Assembly (NCBI GenBank): GCA_003136635.1
Contig: PLFD01000013.1
Coordinates: 54,196-118,195 of the forward strand
Direction of reading: 5' to 3'
Length of the DNA stretch: 64,000 nucleotides
Origin: a candidate division FCPU426 bacterium
GTDB taxonomy: Bacteria > Oederibacteriota > Muellerivitia > Muellerivitales > Muellerivitaceae
Part shown: piece by piece, positions 28,520-38,443 of the stretch
Layout of the letters: each line of letters opens with the position of its first letter
Position numbering within the stretch: the first letter of the stretch is position 1
Notes under the pieces: model-generated
Told to the model about the DNA's origin: nothing
The model's input: only the letters and a program-made list of their open reading frames with translations
Database searches by the model: none
Position numbers and translations under genes: made by a program

Positions 28520-29541
28520 TATGGGGCGGAAGCCTTCGCGGCTTCTTTAGCCCGGTATTCATCCCGGTACTTCACCGCCAGGTCAAAAATGTCGGATGGA
28601 ATAATGGTGCCGGAAATTTGGGGATAGGAACCCACAAAGAGACTGGCCCACTTCTGATAGGTAGCGTCATCCACGTCATGAACCACCAACCCGTGGGTTT
28701 TCATGACCTCAATGGCTTTGTCATTGCCCGCGCGGATTTCGGTGCGGAACCTTTTACCAGCGACGGCGGCGGCTTTTAAGATGGCCGGTTTGGCGGCATC
28801 CGGTATTGAATCCCAGGCCTTGGTGGTCACGATAGTGGCCCCCACTAACGGACAATATTTGATGTTGGTCATATGGGGCGCCAGGGCAAACCATTGAAAG
28901 GACAAGGCCGAAAGAGGCGTGGTATCAAAGCAATTGATGAGGCCCGTCTGTAAGTTCGGCAGAATATCCGTAGCGGACAAGGGAATGGGTGAAAACCCGG
29001 CGGATTTCCAAAGGTTCATCGTGTCCGTATCGTCGCCCCACACAAAGAACTTGGCGGCTTTCAAATCATCCGGCGTGAGGATGGGATTTTTGCCAAAGAA
29101 ATAAACCCAGCCCGCTTCGCCCCAGTTGAGAACCTTAAACCCTTTGGCTAAAAGCCGCTTTTCCAAAATCGGCTGCAGCTTGCCCCGCACATAATCGCTT
29201 TCCGCGTCGTCTTTGTATAAGAGGGGAATGGACAGGGCCTGTACCGCCTTGTCAATTTGGGCCAACCCCACCACCGTGAAGACCCCGGCCTGGATTTGGC
29301 CGATGCGCATTTTACTCACCATGTCTGGCTCGTCGCCCAATACGCCGCCCGGATAGATTTGCAAATTGACGCCCGCGGCTTTCCATTGCTGACCCATGTC
29401 CTGCATGATCAGATCCCAGGAAGAACCTTCCGGTGCCAGGGTACCCAGCTTAATGGTCATTTCATCCGCCTGGGCCGTGCCGAAGGCCAGAATGAACATG
29501 GCAACCAAAACAAACCCGAACTTTTTGAATAAATTCAACAT
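28519..29541 (-). CDS. TRAP transporter solute-binding protein (DctP family)
   Basis: Signal peptide MLNLFKKFGFVLVAMFILAFGTAQA and a DctP fold. The start at 29541 has a GGGAGAG RBS; the ORF track begins 45 nt earlier. Confidence 0.8.
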   Translation of the reverse strand: MLNLFKKFGFVLVAMFILAFGTAQADEMTIKLGTLAPEGSSWDLIMQDMGQQWKAAGVNLQIYPGGVLGDEPDMVSKMRIGQIQAGVFTVVGLAQIDKAVQALSIPLLYKDDAESDYVRGKLQPILEKRLLAKGFKVLNWGEAGWVYFFGKNPILTPDDLKAAKFFVWGDDTDTMNLWKSAGFSPIPLSATDILPNLQTGLINCFDTTPLSALSFQWFALAPHMTNIKYCPLVGATIVTTKAWDSIPDAAKPAILKAAAVAGKRFRTEIRAGNDKAIEVMKTHGLVVHDVDDATYQKWASLFVGSYPQISGTIIPSDIFDLAVKYRDEYRAKEAAKASAP

Positions 29542-29560
29542 ACTCTCTCCCTTGGAAAAT

Positions 29561-30496
29561 TTACTGCACAAACAAAGTATCTTCACGCGACAACAGCCAG
29601 CGGGCGCGCTTTTGCATGATTAAATTGACCAGCCTCGTACTTTTATTTTGATCCGGATCGATGGCGAGGGCTTTGTTCAGCATGTCCTCGAAATCCTGGC
29701 GGTTTTGTTCTTTTTCATCCACCGCTTCGGCGTAGTTCACATAAGTAGAAGCGCTCAAGCCTTTGTTGAGTTCTAACGCTCTGTCAAAATGTTCCTTCGC
29801 CTTTTTCACCGAACCTCCCATGAGAACCGGTTTACCCGCTTCGTAGGTAATCAGAAACTCATGGAGAGACCCGTTGTCATAGTCGGGATTAATCTCATAG
29901 GCTTCATAGAGAAGAGCTTCAGCCTGAGGAATATCCGCCACCAACTCCGGATCATCTTTGCCGATAGAGATAGCTGCCATCCAGGAAACGCCCGTCCAAT
30001 AAAGAAGATCCATATCATCTTTGTTCATTTTTGATACTGCGGCTTTAGGGTCCGTCATGATCATTTGGCTAAAGTGATCGTGGCGGGTATCCAGACCTCT
30101 GAGTCCATAACCCAGTGCCCGTTGGTAAAGTCTTCTAGCCCGGATCCGCATTTCATGGGCCTTGGCATAGTCCGTATCCGCGATGTAATCCGCCTCACAT
30201 TGCACATAAGCGTAGCTGTATTCGGTAAAATTTTTGGTTAAAGCGGTAAGAAGGGCTGTGTGTTGGGGGGTAGCGGCCAGAATGCTTTCCATAAATTTAA
30301 GGCTAAAAGGAACAGCTTCCTTGATTAACTGCGGATCATCATCGGAAGAAAAAGTGTCACCCTCTCCCGCCAAACCATCGGCCATGGAGTTAACGGCGAT
30401 GGATTTAATAAAACAGCCGTTTAAAACCGGTGAAAATCCGATTAAAAGCAGCAAAACCCAAAGACGATATAAAGAATAAACCTTATTTTGGAACAT
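29561..30496 (-). CDS. TRAP-transporter-associated TPR lipoprotein (TatT-like)
   Basis: Signal and lipobox (LNGC), an all-helical TPR-like body, and a position immediately upstream of dctP and dctQM. This is the organisation described for TPR-associated TRAP transporters. Confidence 0.7.
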   Translation of the reverse strand: MFQNKVYSLYRLWVLLLLIGFSPVLNGCFIKSIAVNSMADGLAGEGDTFSSDDDPQLIKEAVPFSLKFMESILAATPQHTALLTALTKNFTEYSYAYVQCEADYIADTDYAKAHEMRIRARRLYQRALGYGLRGLDTRHDHFSQMIMTDPKAAVSKMNKDDMDLLYWTGVSWMAAISIGKDDPELVADIPQAEALLYEAYEINPDYDNGSLHEFLITYEAGKPVLMGGSVKKAKEHFDRALELNKGLSASTYVNYAEAVDEKEQNRQDFEDMLNKALAIDPDQNKSTRLVNLIMQKRARWLLSREDTLFVQ

Positions 30497-30751
30497 CCCG
30501 TATCCTCGCTAAATTTTAGAAATGGGCCAACGTTTTACCCCTGGGAAACAAGGGTGTCAATACGCCTATGAGAGCCTAAAACTATGGAGAATTATAAAGA
30601 TTTTCAAAGTTTCCGGGGGAAATATCCCCTTTGGGCCTAAAAGCAGGGGTTTTGCCTTTTAAAAATAAAAAGGAGATCAGGATTCCCCAACCTCCTCGAT
30701 ATTTTATAAACGAATCCTTCGTTGTTTCATACAACCGTGAAAAGGTTCAAT

Positions 30752-31162
30752 TTAATTGGCGTCGTTACTATCGTCGGGTGCATTTGAATCGGTTGATGTT
30801 GATTGCCCGGGATGTTTAGCCTGATAAATGACTTTGGAATTGTCATCTAACAGCTGGTTGATTTGAGTTTTTTGATCATCCGTCAAAGGCTTTTTCCCGT
30901 TTTCATTAAAATCAGCTCTGACCTGATCGCCTATCGATTTCAATTTGTCCATCAAAGCCGTCGCCTGATCTTTGGAAAGCACCCCGGATTTTAAACCCTG
31001 GCGAATTCGCAGAGCTTGATAGCGAAGCCGCGCGCGAACTTCCGATTTTCCATGTGGTGCTGCAACCGAAGCGCCCGTTGTAGGAGTCGCGTCTTGGGCC
31101 AGTGAAAATCCCGCGACCGTCGTAATTAGCAGCGACAATAAACCTGCCAGTAACTTCTTCAT
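30752..31162 (-). CDS. Periplasmic Spy/CpxP-family (LTXXQ motif) stress protein
   Basis: A signal peptide and two LTXXQ-type motifs (LSKDQATAL, LTDDQKTQI). The protein is helical and about 136 aa. Confidence 0.6.
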   Translation of the reverse strand: MKKLLAGLLSLLITTVAGFSLAQDATPTTGASVAAPHGKSEVRARLRYQALRIRQGLKSGVLSKDQATALMDKLKSIGDQVRADFNENGKKPLTDDQKTQINQLLDDNSKVIYQAKHPGQSTSTDSNAPDDSNDAN

Positions 31163-31224
31163 TTCAAATTTTCCTTTCTATTTCAACATCAAGTTCGACT
31201 TGATGATTTAGACGTTTTAAAAAT

Positions 31225-31260
31225 AAAAAGCGGCCCGAACCATCTTCGGGCCGCCAGAAA
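31225..31260 (-). terminator. Rho-independent terminator after the first Asr-like gene (minus strand)
   Basis: On the minus strand, the hairpin ggcggcccgaagatggttcgggccgc is followed by a T-run. Confidence 0.6.
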
Positions 31261-31291
31261 AGAGCCGGTGATTGAACCAGCTCTCGGTTGG

Positions 31292-31474
31292 TTATTTACT
31301 GACAGGTGAAGAAACTGGCGTAACCGTCTTTTTCACTTTTTTGTGAGTCTTGTGCTTCATCGCTTTCTTAACGGTCGGAGTCGCGGAGGCAGTGGTGGTG
31401 CCCTGGGCGAAAACCAATCCCGAAGTGGAAGCGAAAAGAACTAAGGCTGTTGCGATGGCGAATAACTTTTTCAT
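31292..31474 (-). CDS. Asr-like small periplasmic Lys/Ala/Thr-rich protein
   Basis: 60 aa with a signal peptide. The mature part is T/A-rich then K/H-rich (KKAMKHKTHKKVKK), resembling the acid shock protein Asr. A paralogous copy lies upstream. Confidence 0.55.
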   Translation of the reverse strand: MKKLFAIATALVLFASTSGLVFAQGTTTASATPTVKKAMKHKTHKKVKKTVTPVSSPVSK

Positions 31475-31669
31475 GACATCCTCCCTAAAAAATTTTATTT
31501 CTTACTACGCTTATAGGACGCGGACACGGATAAAAAAGTTGCACGGTATTTCCTGCGAATATTGCGTTTTCAAGAACGAGTAAATTTTTTAAATAAACTT
31601 GTTGGATAAAATTAATGGAATGGACAAGATTTCAAAAGCGAGGGAGGGAAATACATTTGGGAAGGAATA

Positions 31670-31704
31670 AAAAAAGCGGCCCGGCCTTGAGGGCCGAACC
31701 GCTT
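31670..31704 (-). terminator. Rho-independent terminator after the second Asr-like gene (minus strand)
   Basis: A GC-rich hairpin (aagcggcccggccttgagggccgaaccgctt) followed on the minus strand by T7. Confidence 0.55.
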
Positions 31705-31744
31705 GATTAACCGGGTTCTTTCGAACCTGACTCAAACCGTTAAA

Positions 31745-31942
31745 TTACTTGGCGGCAGGAGTGGTCGCAGCAGCGGCAGCCATTTTCTTCTTTTTCTTGT
31801 GCGCCTTCTTCTTAGCTTTCATCGGAGCAGCGGCCGGAGTTGTAGCAGCCGGAGCAGCGGTCGTGGTGGTTTGGGCCAAAACCAAGCTGGAAGTAGAAGC
31901 AACAAACAAAGCGACTAAAGCCATCGCGAATAACTTTTTCAT
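31745..31942 (-). CDS. Asr-like small periplasmic Lys/Ala/Thr-rich protein (paralog)
   Basis: 65 aa with a signal peptide MKKLFAMALVALFVASTSSLVLA, followed by TTTTAAPAATTPAAAPMKAKKKAHKKKKK. Confidence 0.55.
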   Translation of the reverse strand: MKKLFAMALVALFVASTSSLVLAQTTTTAAPAATTPAAAPMKAKKKAHKKKKKMAAAAATTPAAK

Positions 31943-32139
31943 GATAATTCTCCTTTTAATTTGGGCGGATCAAAAACTAGCTCTGTCCTACCTCACTCAT
32001 TGGACGGAGGGGAGGTTTAAAAAGTTGCAATCATGAAAAAATGCTTCAAAATGGCTCAAAAATAGGGGTTTTTGACGAAACTTATTTTTCAATTCGGAAC
32101 ATTGACAATTAACCGACCGGTCGGTAGTTTAATGCGCCT

Positions 32140-32745
32140 ATGACCAACCTATTAAATCCACAAAAACATGCCGATCAAAGAACCCGTCTTTTGTCCCATG
32201 CCCGCCATCTTTTCGCGGTTCAGGGAATCAAAGAGACCAGTATGTCCCAAGTGGCGAAGGCCTGCAAAGTAACAAAGGCCACCCTTTACCACTATTTCAA
32301 AAGTAAAGACGCCATTCTCAAGGAAATTCTCGACTGCCGCAGTAAGACGATTGAAGCCACAACTCAAGGATCGAAAGCCAGGAACTTAGAAGAATGTTTG
32401 GATCAAATTGCCCGCAGTCATTTAAAACAAATGGATGAACCGGAAAATCTGGAACTCATGAAGATTATGATTTCGGAAACCATGAAAAATCAGGAAATGC
32501 GAAAGTTCTACATGGAATTTTTGAAAGAAAATATCGGACTGGGTGCCCAGGCTGTCGTTCCTTTTATTCAAGGGAAGAAAAACGAAAAAGAAATGCGGCT
32601 GCTCTTTTTCCAATTCATGTCAACGCTGGTTCATTACGACTGGAATGTAAAGATGGTAGGAGACCCTTCGGGTTTTATCGGCGGCGAGGAAGCTTTTGTG
32701 CGCCAATTGGTAAAAACATATACTCCGGCGTTTCAAGCGGTTTGA
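32140..32745 (+). CDS. TetR-family transcriptional regulator
   Basis: An N-terminal HTH (MSQVAKACKVTKATLYHYFKSKDAIL) and a length of about 200 aa. Confidence 0.8.
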   Translation: MTNLLNPQKHADQRTRLLSHARHLFAVQGIKETSMSQVAKACKVTKATLYHYFKSKDAILKEILDCRSKTIEATTQGSKARNLEECLDQIARSHLKQMDEPENLELMKIMISETMKNQEMRKFYMEFLKENIGLGAQAVVPFIQGKKNEKEMRLLFFQFMSTLVHYDWNVKMVGDPSGFIGGEEAFVRQLVKTYTPAFQAV

Positions 32746-32902
32746 CCGCCGACCGCGGAAGGAAAACAGGGATAAATGGCCGTTACACTTTGTTACAAAA
32801 TGATACAGGGTCGTAAAGCAGTGGAACCTCTTTTGTTTTATAAGTGACCTGAATGAAACTGATGATTTTTTGGATTCTGTTTTTAAAATTATGGAGTGGA
32901 AT

Positions 32903-34393
32903 ATGAAAAAGATTTTAGGATTTGGTTTGGGACTCTATCTGGCGGGAAGCGCTGCTTTCGCCCAAACGCTGGCACTGGCGGACTATTTAAAACAGGTTGA
33001 ATCCCAGGGGCCTGATTATCAATCAGCTCAGGCCGCGGTCGTGGGATTGGAAAAACAATCCCATCAGCAGGACCTGACTTATTCACCTGTGTTGGTAGCC
33101 AGCTACAATCACTTCGACGATCAGGAACAGCAAACCAATCCCTTTGAGGGACCTCACACCCAGACCGACACAGCCGGCGTTTCCATTACGGATGAGCTGC
33201 CTTTTGGGCCTACGGTTTCAGTGGGTTACGCTTTTACCAACACCAATTCCCCCCTGTCAGCGGTGGAATCGTCTTTTGTCTCAGGTTTCGGGTTGAGCCC
33301 CAGTTCCATCCCGACTTCTTACTATCAAATCGCGCCCGTGATTTCGCTTTCAGTTCCTCTCTTTAAGAATTTCGGCGGCGCCCAAACCGCCGCGGGAGTT
33401 CATGAGGTGCAATATCAATTGGAATCGGCTGAAAAAAACTCGGCTTATCAGCGGGAACAGCTCCTTTACAACGCCAAGCTGGCTTACTGGAATTTGGCCC
33501 TGGTTCGGGCCCAGGTCAAAATCCGTCAAAACACTCTGGACCGAAGCACCGATATCTGGAATTGGACTAAAAAGCGGGTAGAACGCAATTTGGCCGAAGC
33601 CCCGGACGCTCTTCAGGCCGAAGCCTCCGTCCGGGTGGCTGAATTGGATTTACAAAGCGCCACCGAATCCGAACGCTCCGCCCGCCTGCAATTTAACCGC
33701 TACCGGAACACCAAAGACGCCGCCGTACCGGAAGATTTGGAAGAGCTGGAAACTTCCCTGACCGAGGAGAAGGTTGAAATCCCAACCCTCTTGCCTGAAC
33801 GGCTGGATTTAAAAGCCGCCGAAGACGCCACCAACCAGCAAAAAGCCGCTTATGACCAGGCTTATCAAAATGTTTATCCCGATATCACCCTTAACGCTTC
33901 GTATAGAGGTAATGGGTTAGATCCCAATTATGGGGTAGCTAACTCGATCGCCTGGGGACCCGATTATCCTACTTGGAATTTAGGCGCCCAGTTTAATTTG
34001 CCGTTGGACGTTTTTACCTCTTCCACTGTGGCGGAGGGTTATAAGAAAAATTACGAAAGCTCGATGTTGAGTTTGCAGGACAAACAACTGGAAGTGAATC
34101 AGGAATGGACTGACTTGGTCAACCATCTGCAGGATGTTGATAAACGCCTCTCCATGGCCACCGAGATTGAGTCGATCCAGCAGACCAAAGCGGACCAGGA
34201 AAGAAAGCGGCTGGAATACGGAAGAACCACCGAGTTCCAACTGCTCTCGTTTGAGAATGATTACAACTCCGCCCAGCTCAGCCGGCTGGCTATTATTTCA
34301 GAAAAATTATCTGTCCTGGCCCAGGCCGAATGGTGGTTGTCCACCGATGTTCATCCGTCCAACGTTGATACTTCATCCACAGGAGCTAATTAA
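32903..34393 (+). CDS. Outer-membrane efflux protein (TolC/OEP family)
   Basis: A signal peptide and two OEP repeats. The start at 32903 has a ggagtgg RBS. It abuts the RND gene. Confidence 0.8.
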   Translation: MKKILGFGLGLYLAGSAAFAQTLALADYLKQVESQGPDYQSAQAAVVGLEKQSHQQDLTYSPVLVASYNHFDDQEQQTNPFEGPHTQTDTAGVSITDELPFGPTVSVGYAFTNTNSPLSAVESSFVSGFGLSPSSIPTSYYQIAPVISLSVPLFKNFGGAQTAAGVHEVQYQLESAEKNSAYQREQLLYNAKLAYWNLALVRAQVKIRQNTLDRSTDIWNWTKKRVERNLAEAPDALQAEASVRVAELDLQSATESERSARLQFNRYRNTKDAAVPEDLEELETSLTEEKVEIPTLLPERLDLKAAEDATNQQKAAYDQAYQNVYPDITLNASYRGNGLDPNYGVANSIAWGPDYPTWNLGAQFNLPLDVFTSSTVAEGYKKNYESSMLSLQDKQLEVNQEWTDLVNHLQDVDKRLSMATEIESIQQTKADQERKRLEYGRTTEFQLLSFENDYNSAQLSRLAIISEKLSVLAQAEWWLSTDVHPSNVDTSSTGAN

Positions 34394-37300
34394 TGAATTT
34401 ACCTAAACTCGCGATTGAACGTCCCGTTTTTGTCAGTTGTGTTGTCATCTTATTAATGGTGCTGGGATTTATGTCCTACCGTTCTTTAGGCGTCGATCTT
34501 TTTCCCGACGTCAGCTTTCCTTTCGTGTCTGTCACTACCAGTTACAAGGGCGCGGCCCCGGAAGAAATAGAAACCCAGATTTCCAAACCTATTGAGGAGC
34601 AGATCTCCACTTTGGAAGGGGTTAAAAAAGTTTATTCGGTCAATCAGGAAGGTTTTTCGATTGTGACGGTTCAATTCTCTTTGGAAACGGACAGCAAAGA
34701 CGCGGAGCAAAGGGTGCGGGACAAAATGTCTTTCGTACGCCCCCAATTACCGAAGGATATTGACGAGCCGGTCATTCAGCGGCTTGACCCTTCCGATTCG
34801 CCCATTATGATTTTATCCCTCCAATCCGGTTTGTCGCCTTCGGAAGCCTACGACATCGTCGATCAGGTCATCAAACCCCAGTTGTCCCAGGTGCCGGGTG
34901 TTGGCGTGGTCGATATCATCGGCGGACTGAAACGCGAAATCCGTGTGGAGTTGGACCGCAATAAGCTGAACGCCTACCGCATCAGCGCGACCTCGGTGGC
35001 GAACAATATCGGCCTCAACGGTATGAATGTGCCGGTGGGTAAATTCCAGACCAACGGGCAAAATATGCTTTTTAGGTCCGTCGGTGAATATAACGACCTG
35101 GACCGTTTACGGCATACGGTAGTTAACTTTTTAGGCTCCGATGTTCCTATCACCGTAGATAAAGTGGGCAAAGTCATCGATACCACGATAGATCCTCCGA
35201 ATTACAGCTTTCTCAACGGCGAGCCAGCGCTCTTTTTGCTGGTCCATAAACAATCCAAAGCCAATACGGTGGCAGTCGTCAACGGCGTATTTAAGACCAT
35301 GGACCGGCTGAACGATTTATTAAAAACAAAACCCGGCGCGCCCAAAATCGGTCTGGTACGCGAGGATGGACGCATTGTCAAAATGAACCTGGATGACGTT
35401 CAACACACCATCACTTTGGGTATTTTACTCACTGTGTTGGTGGTTTTTTTCTTCCTGGGAAGCTTCCGCTCCACTTTAATTACCATTACCTCCTTGCCCG
35501 TTTCGCTTCTCGGATCATTTATTTTGATGAACGGAATGGGATTTACCTTAAACCTGATGACTCTTCTGGCCTTATCCCTGGCGGTGGGGCTCCTGATCGA
35601 TGACGCTATTGTGGTTCGGGAAAACATCTGGCGTCATATGGAAGAAGGGGAAGAACCGAAAGTAGCGGCTCTCAACGGAACCCTGGAAGTCGCCATGGCG
35701 GTCGTCGCGACTACCTCTGTCATCATCGCTGTTTTTCTTCCCATCGCTTTTTTAAAGGGCACCGTGGGGCAGTTTTTCAAACAATTCGGCATGACGGTCT
35801 GTTTTGCCATGGCGGTTTCTCTTTTTGAAGCCATGGTCATGGGCCCTATGCTTTCAGCCTATTGGGCCAAGAAAAGCAAAAAGGGAAAACACGACAAACC
35901 CAAAGGCATTTTGAAATGGTTCGATGATTTTCAAACATCCATGGAAAATGGCTACGCGGTACTCATCGGGTGGAGTATCCGCCACCGGTTAATGGTAGTC
36001 ATAGGGGCCGTTCTTATCTTTATCGCCAGTCTGGGACTCACCAAGTTTATCAAATTCACTTTCTTGCCCGGCGGCGATAACGGTGAATTCCGAGTAACCT
36101 TGAAACTGCCTCCCAGCACCTCTCTGGAAGCTACCCGGGACGCTTCCCATAAAGTGATTGATATCCTGAAGACTCACCCGGAAATTCTTTTAACCTCCGA
36201 AACCATCGGCGACACTCAGGGCAACGATAATACCAGCACTATCTACGCCAAGCTCACGCCCTGGCAAACCCGAAAGCTATCGACCTCGGACCTGAAAGAA
36301 ATTGTCCGTAAAGAATTGGAACCTTATCGCGAGCAATATCAGCCCCAGGTAGCGGACTATGATTTGGTCAATAACGCCGCTCCCTTCAACTTGGTTTTGG
36401 TGGGGGATGATTACAAAACATTGGCACCCCTGGCCAATGACCTGATGGAAAAAGTCCGTAAGATTCCCGGTTTGGTGGATTTACAAACCAATTATGACGG
36501 AGATAAACCGGAGTTTCAGGCGGTGTTGGACCCAGCCAAGCTCCGGCAGTTGGGCGTTTTGGGTATTGAGGCAGGCAATGAACTGCGCACCCAGGTGGAA
36601 GGAACGGTGCCGGCGAAATTTCGTCAAAACGGTTTGGAATATGACATCCGCGTCCGCATGCAGGAAGATCAGCGCGATCTTCAAAAAGACTTTAATAAGG
36701 TCTGGGTTCCCAATAGCAACCAACTGCAAGTGAGGCTGTCGGATATCGCCGCGCCTGTGACGACCGTAGGTCCATCAAAGATTAACCGTCTCAATCGGGC
36801 GAGGTACATACAAATTTCAGGTCAATTAGGCCCCGGGGGCGCTTTAGGTAATATCACCAGCGCGGCGGATAAAATCATGGCCGCCACCCAACTCCCTCCC
36901 GGCGTGTCTTATAACTTTGTGGGTCAGGCGGAGGACTTGGGCGACCTGGTGTCCAGCATGATCACCGCGGTCGGCCTGGCCCTTCTTTTTACTTACATGA
37001 TTCTGGCCAGTTTGTACGAATCGCCGATTCTGCCCTTTACCATCATGATGTCCATCCCCCTGTCCATCGTCGGGGCCTTTATCGCTCTGGCGGTAACGGG
37101 GCAAACGCTGAATATCTTCAGCATGATCGCGCTCATCATGCTCATGGGGTTAGTGACCAAAAACGCCATTCTGTTGGTGGACTACATTGTGCAGATGGAA
37201 AAGAAAGGCTTGCCGAGGAATGAAGCCATCCGCCGGGCCGGGATGATCCGCTTGAGGCCTATTGTGATGACCACTTTGGCTTTGATCGCCGGTATGATCC

Positions 37301-37506
37301 CCACAGCCCTGGCTTTAACCGAAGTAGGCAAATTCCGCCAGTCTATGGGCGTAGCCATTATCGGGGGTTTGGTCAGTTCCCTTTTCTTGACCTTGATTAT
37401 CGTACCGTCGGTTTACGGCTATGTGGATGACTTCCGTATCTGGCTAAGACATCTATTCAACCTCGATGGAGAAAAACCGTTGAAAATAAAGACACCTAAA
37501 CGCTGA
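34393..37506 (+). CDS. RND efflux transporter (AcrB/HAE1-like)
   Basis: 1037 aa with 12 TM helices and two large periplasmic loops; the N-terminus is MNLPKLAIERPVFVSCVVILLMVLG. Confidence 0.9.
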   Translation: MNLPKLAIERPVFVSCVVILLMVLGFMSYRSLGVDLFPDVSFPFVSVTTSYKGAAPEEIETQISKPIEEQISTLEGVKKVYSVNQEGFSIVTVQFSLETDSKDAEQRVRDKMSFVRPQLPKDIDEPVIQRLDPSDSPIMILSLQSGLSPSEAYDIVDQVIKPQLSQVPGVGVVDIIGGLKREIRVELDRNKLNAYRISATSVANNIGLNGMNVPVGKFQTNGQNMLFRSVGEYNDLDRLRHTVVNFLGSDVPITVDKVGKVIDTTIDPPNYSFLNGEPALFLLVHKQSKANTVAVVNGVFKTMDRLNDLLKTKPGAPKIGLVREDGRIVKMNLDDVQHTITLGILLTVLVVFFFLGSFRSTLITITSLPVSLLGSFILMNGMGFTLNLMTLLALSLAVGLLIDDAIVVRENIWRHMEEGEEPKVAALNGTLEVAMAVVATTSVIIAVFLPIAFLKGTVGQFFKQFGMTVCFAMAVSLFEAMVMGPMLSAYWAKKSKKGKHDKPKGILKWFDDFQTSMENGYAVLIGWSIRHRLMVVIGAVLIFIASLGLTKFIKFTFLPGGDNGEFRVTLKLPPSTSLEATRDASHKVIDILKTHPEILLTSETIGDTQGNDNTSTIYAKLTPWQTRKLSTSDLKEIVRKELEPYREQYQPQVADYDLVNNAAPFNLVLVGDDYKTLAPLANDLMEKVRKIPGLVDLQTNYDGDKPEFQAVLDPAKLRQLGVLGIEAGNELRTQVEGTVPAKFRQNGLEYDIRVRMQEDQRDLQKDFNKVWVPNSNQLQVRLSDIAAPVTTVGPSKINRLNRARYIQISGQLGPGGALGNITSAADKIMAATQLPPGVSYNFVGQAEDLGDLVSSMITAVGLALLFTYMILASLYESPILPFTIMMSIPLSIVGAFIALAVTGQTLNIFSMIALIMLMGLVTKNAILLVDYIVQMEKKGLPRNEAIRRAGMIRLRPIVMTTLALIAGMIPTALALTEVGKFRQSMGVAIIGGLVSSLFLTLIIVPSVYGYVDDFRIWLRHLFNLDGEKPLKIKTPKR

Positions 37507-37531
37507 CTGATAGAGGGAGATACGCAAATCG

Positions 37532-38443
37532 ATGCCGACCGACAGCCTGATTGAAGCCCGACAGCTCGTTAAAAATTATGACGATTTTCGCGCGGTGGAT
37601 GGGGTGGATTTTCATGTTCGGCCGGGTGAGTGTTTCGGCTTTTTAGGCCCCAATGGCGCGGGCAAATCCACCCTCATGAAGATGATCTATTGTTTCTCTC
37701 CTCGGGGCGGAGGCGAGCTTTCCATTTTCGGCCTGGACCCGGATAAGAAGGCTTCTGAAATTAAAAACCGTTTAGGGGTTGTAGCCCAAACCGACAACCT
37801 GGATGAAGACATAACAGTTACCCAGAATCTGCAAATTTATTCCGGTTATTTTGGATTTTCTCGTAAACAAATTCAGCCCAAAATTGATGAATTGCTGGCT
37901 TTCATGTCGCTGGAAAGCAAAGCCCATGCGGGCATCCGCCAGCTGTCCGGCGGCATGAAACGGCGCCTGGTTATCGCCAGGGCGCTTTTAAACGACCCGG
38001 ATCTTCTGATCCTCGATGAACCAACCACCGGGCTCGACCCTCAAGTTCGTCATCTTATCTGGGCGAAACTACGCGAACTTAAAACGCAGGGTGTGACGAT
38101 TTTGCTGACCACCCATTACATGGAAGAAGCTCAGGAGTTATGCGACAGGCTATTGGTACTGGATAAAGGCAAAGTGCTGTCCTTAGGCAGGCCCGAAGAA
38201 CTGGTTAAAAATAATTTACATCCTTATGTACTGGAACTGCCGGTTGCTAAAAAGAGTGAAATTCAAATCCCGCCATCCATACAGTTGGAAACGCATGGGG
38301 ATAAACTGTTTCTTTTCTCCGACACGCCTTCCGAGTTGGAAAAAATAGCGCTTCCGTTTCAGGGACAATTTCGTATCCGCACCACCGGGCTGGAGGATTT
38401 ATTTTTAAAATTAACCGGAAGGGATCTGCATGAGTCCGAATAA
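37532..38443 (+). CDS. ABC transporter ATP-binding protein (ABC-2/DrrA-like exporter)
   Basis: Walker A GPNGAGKST, signature LSGGMKRR and Walker B LILDEPT. Confidence 0.8.
   Translation: MPTDSLIEARQLVKNYDDFRAVDGVDFHVRPGECFGFLGPNGAGKSTLMKMIYCFSPRGGGELSIFGLDPDKKASEIKNRLGVVAQTDNLDEDITVTQNLQIYSGYFGFSRKQIQPKIDELLAFMSLESKAHAGIRQLSGGMKRRLVIARALLNDPDLLILDEPTTGLDPQVRHLIWAKLRELKTQGVTILLTTHYMEEAQELCDRLLVLDKGKVLSLGRPEELVKNNLHPYVLELPVAKKSEIQIPPSIQLETHGDKLFLFSDTPSELEKIALPFQGQFRIRTTGLEDLFLKLTGRDLHESE

Noticed and set aside
31475-31560. Sigma-54 promoter (TGGCAC-N5-TTGCA) upstream of the Asr-like genes, suggested by the TTGCA in the shared motif
   Set aside because: Reading the coding (minus) strand gives ...CGTGCAACTTTTT..., with no GG-N10-GC arrangement, so it is not a sigma-54 site. 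I kept only the shared-motif observation.
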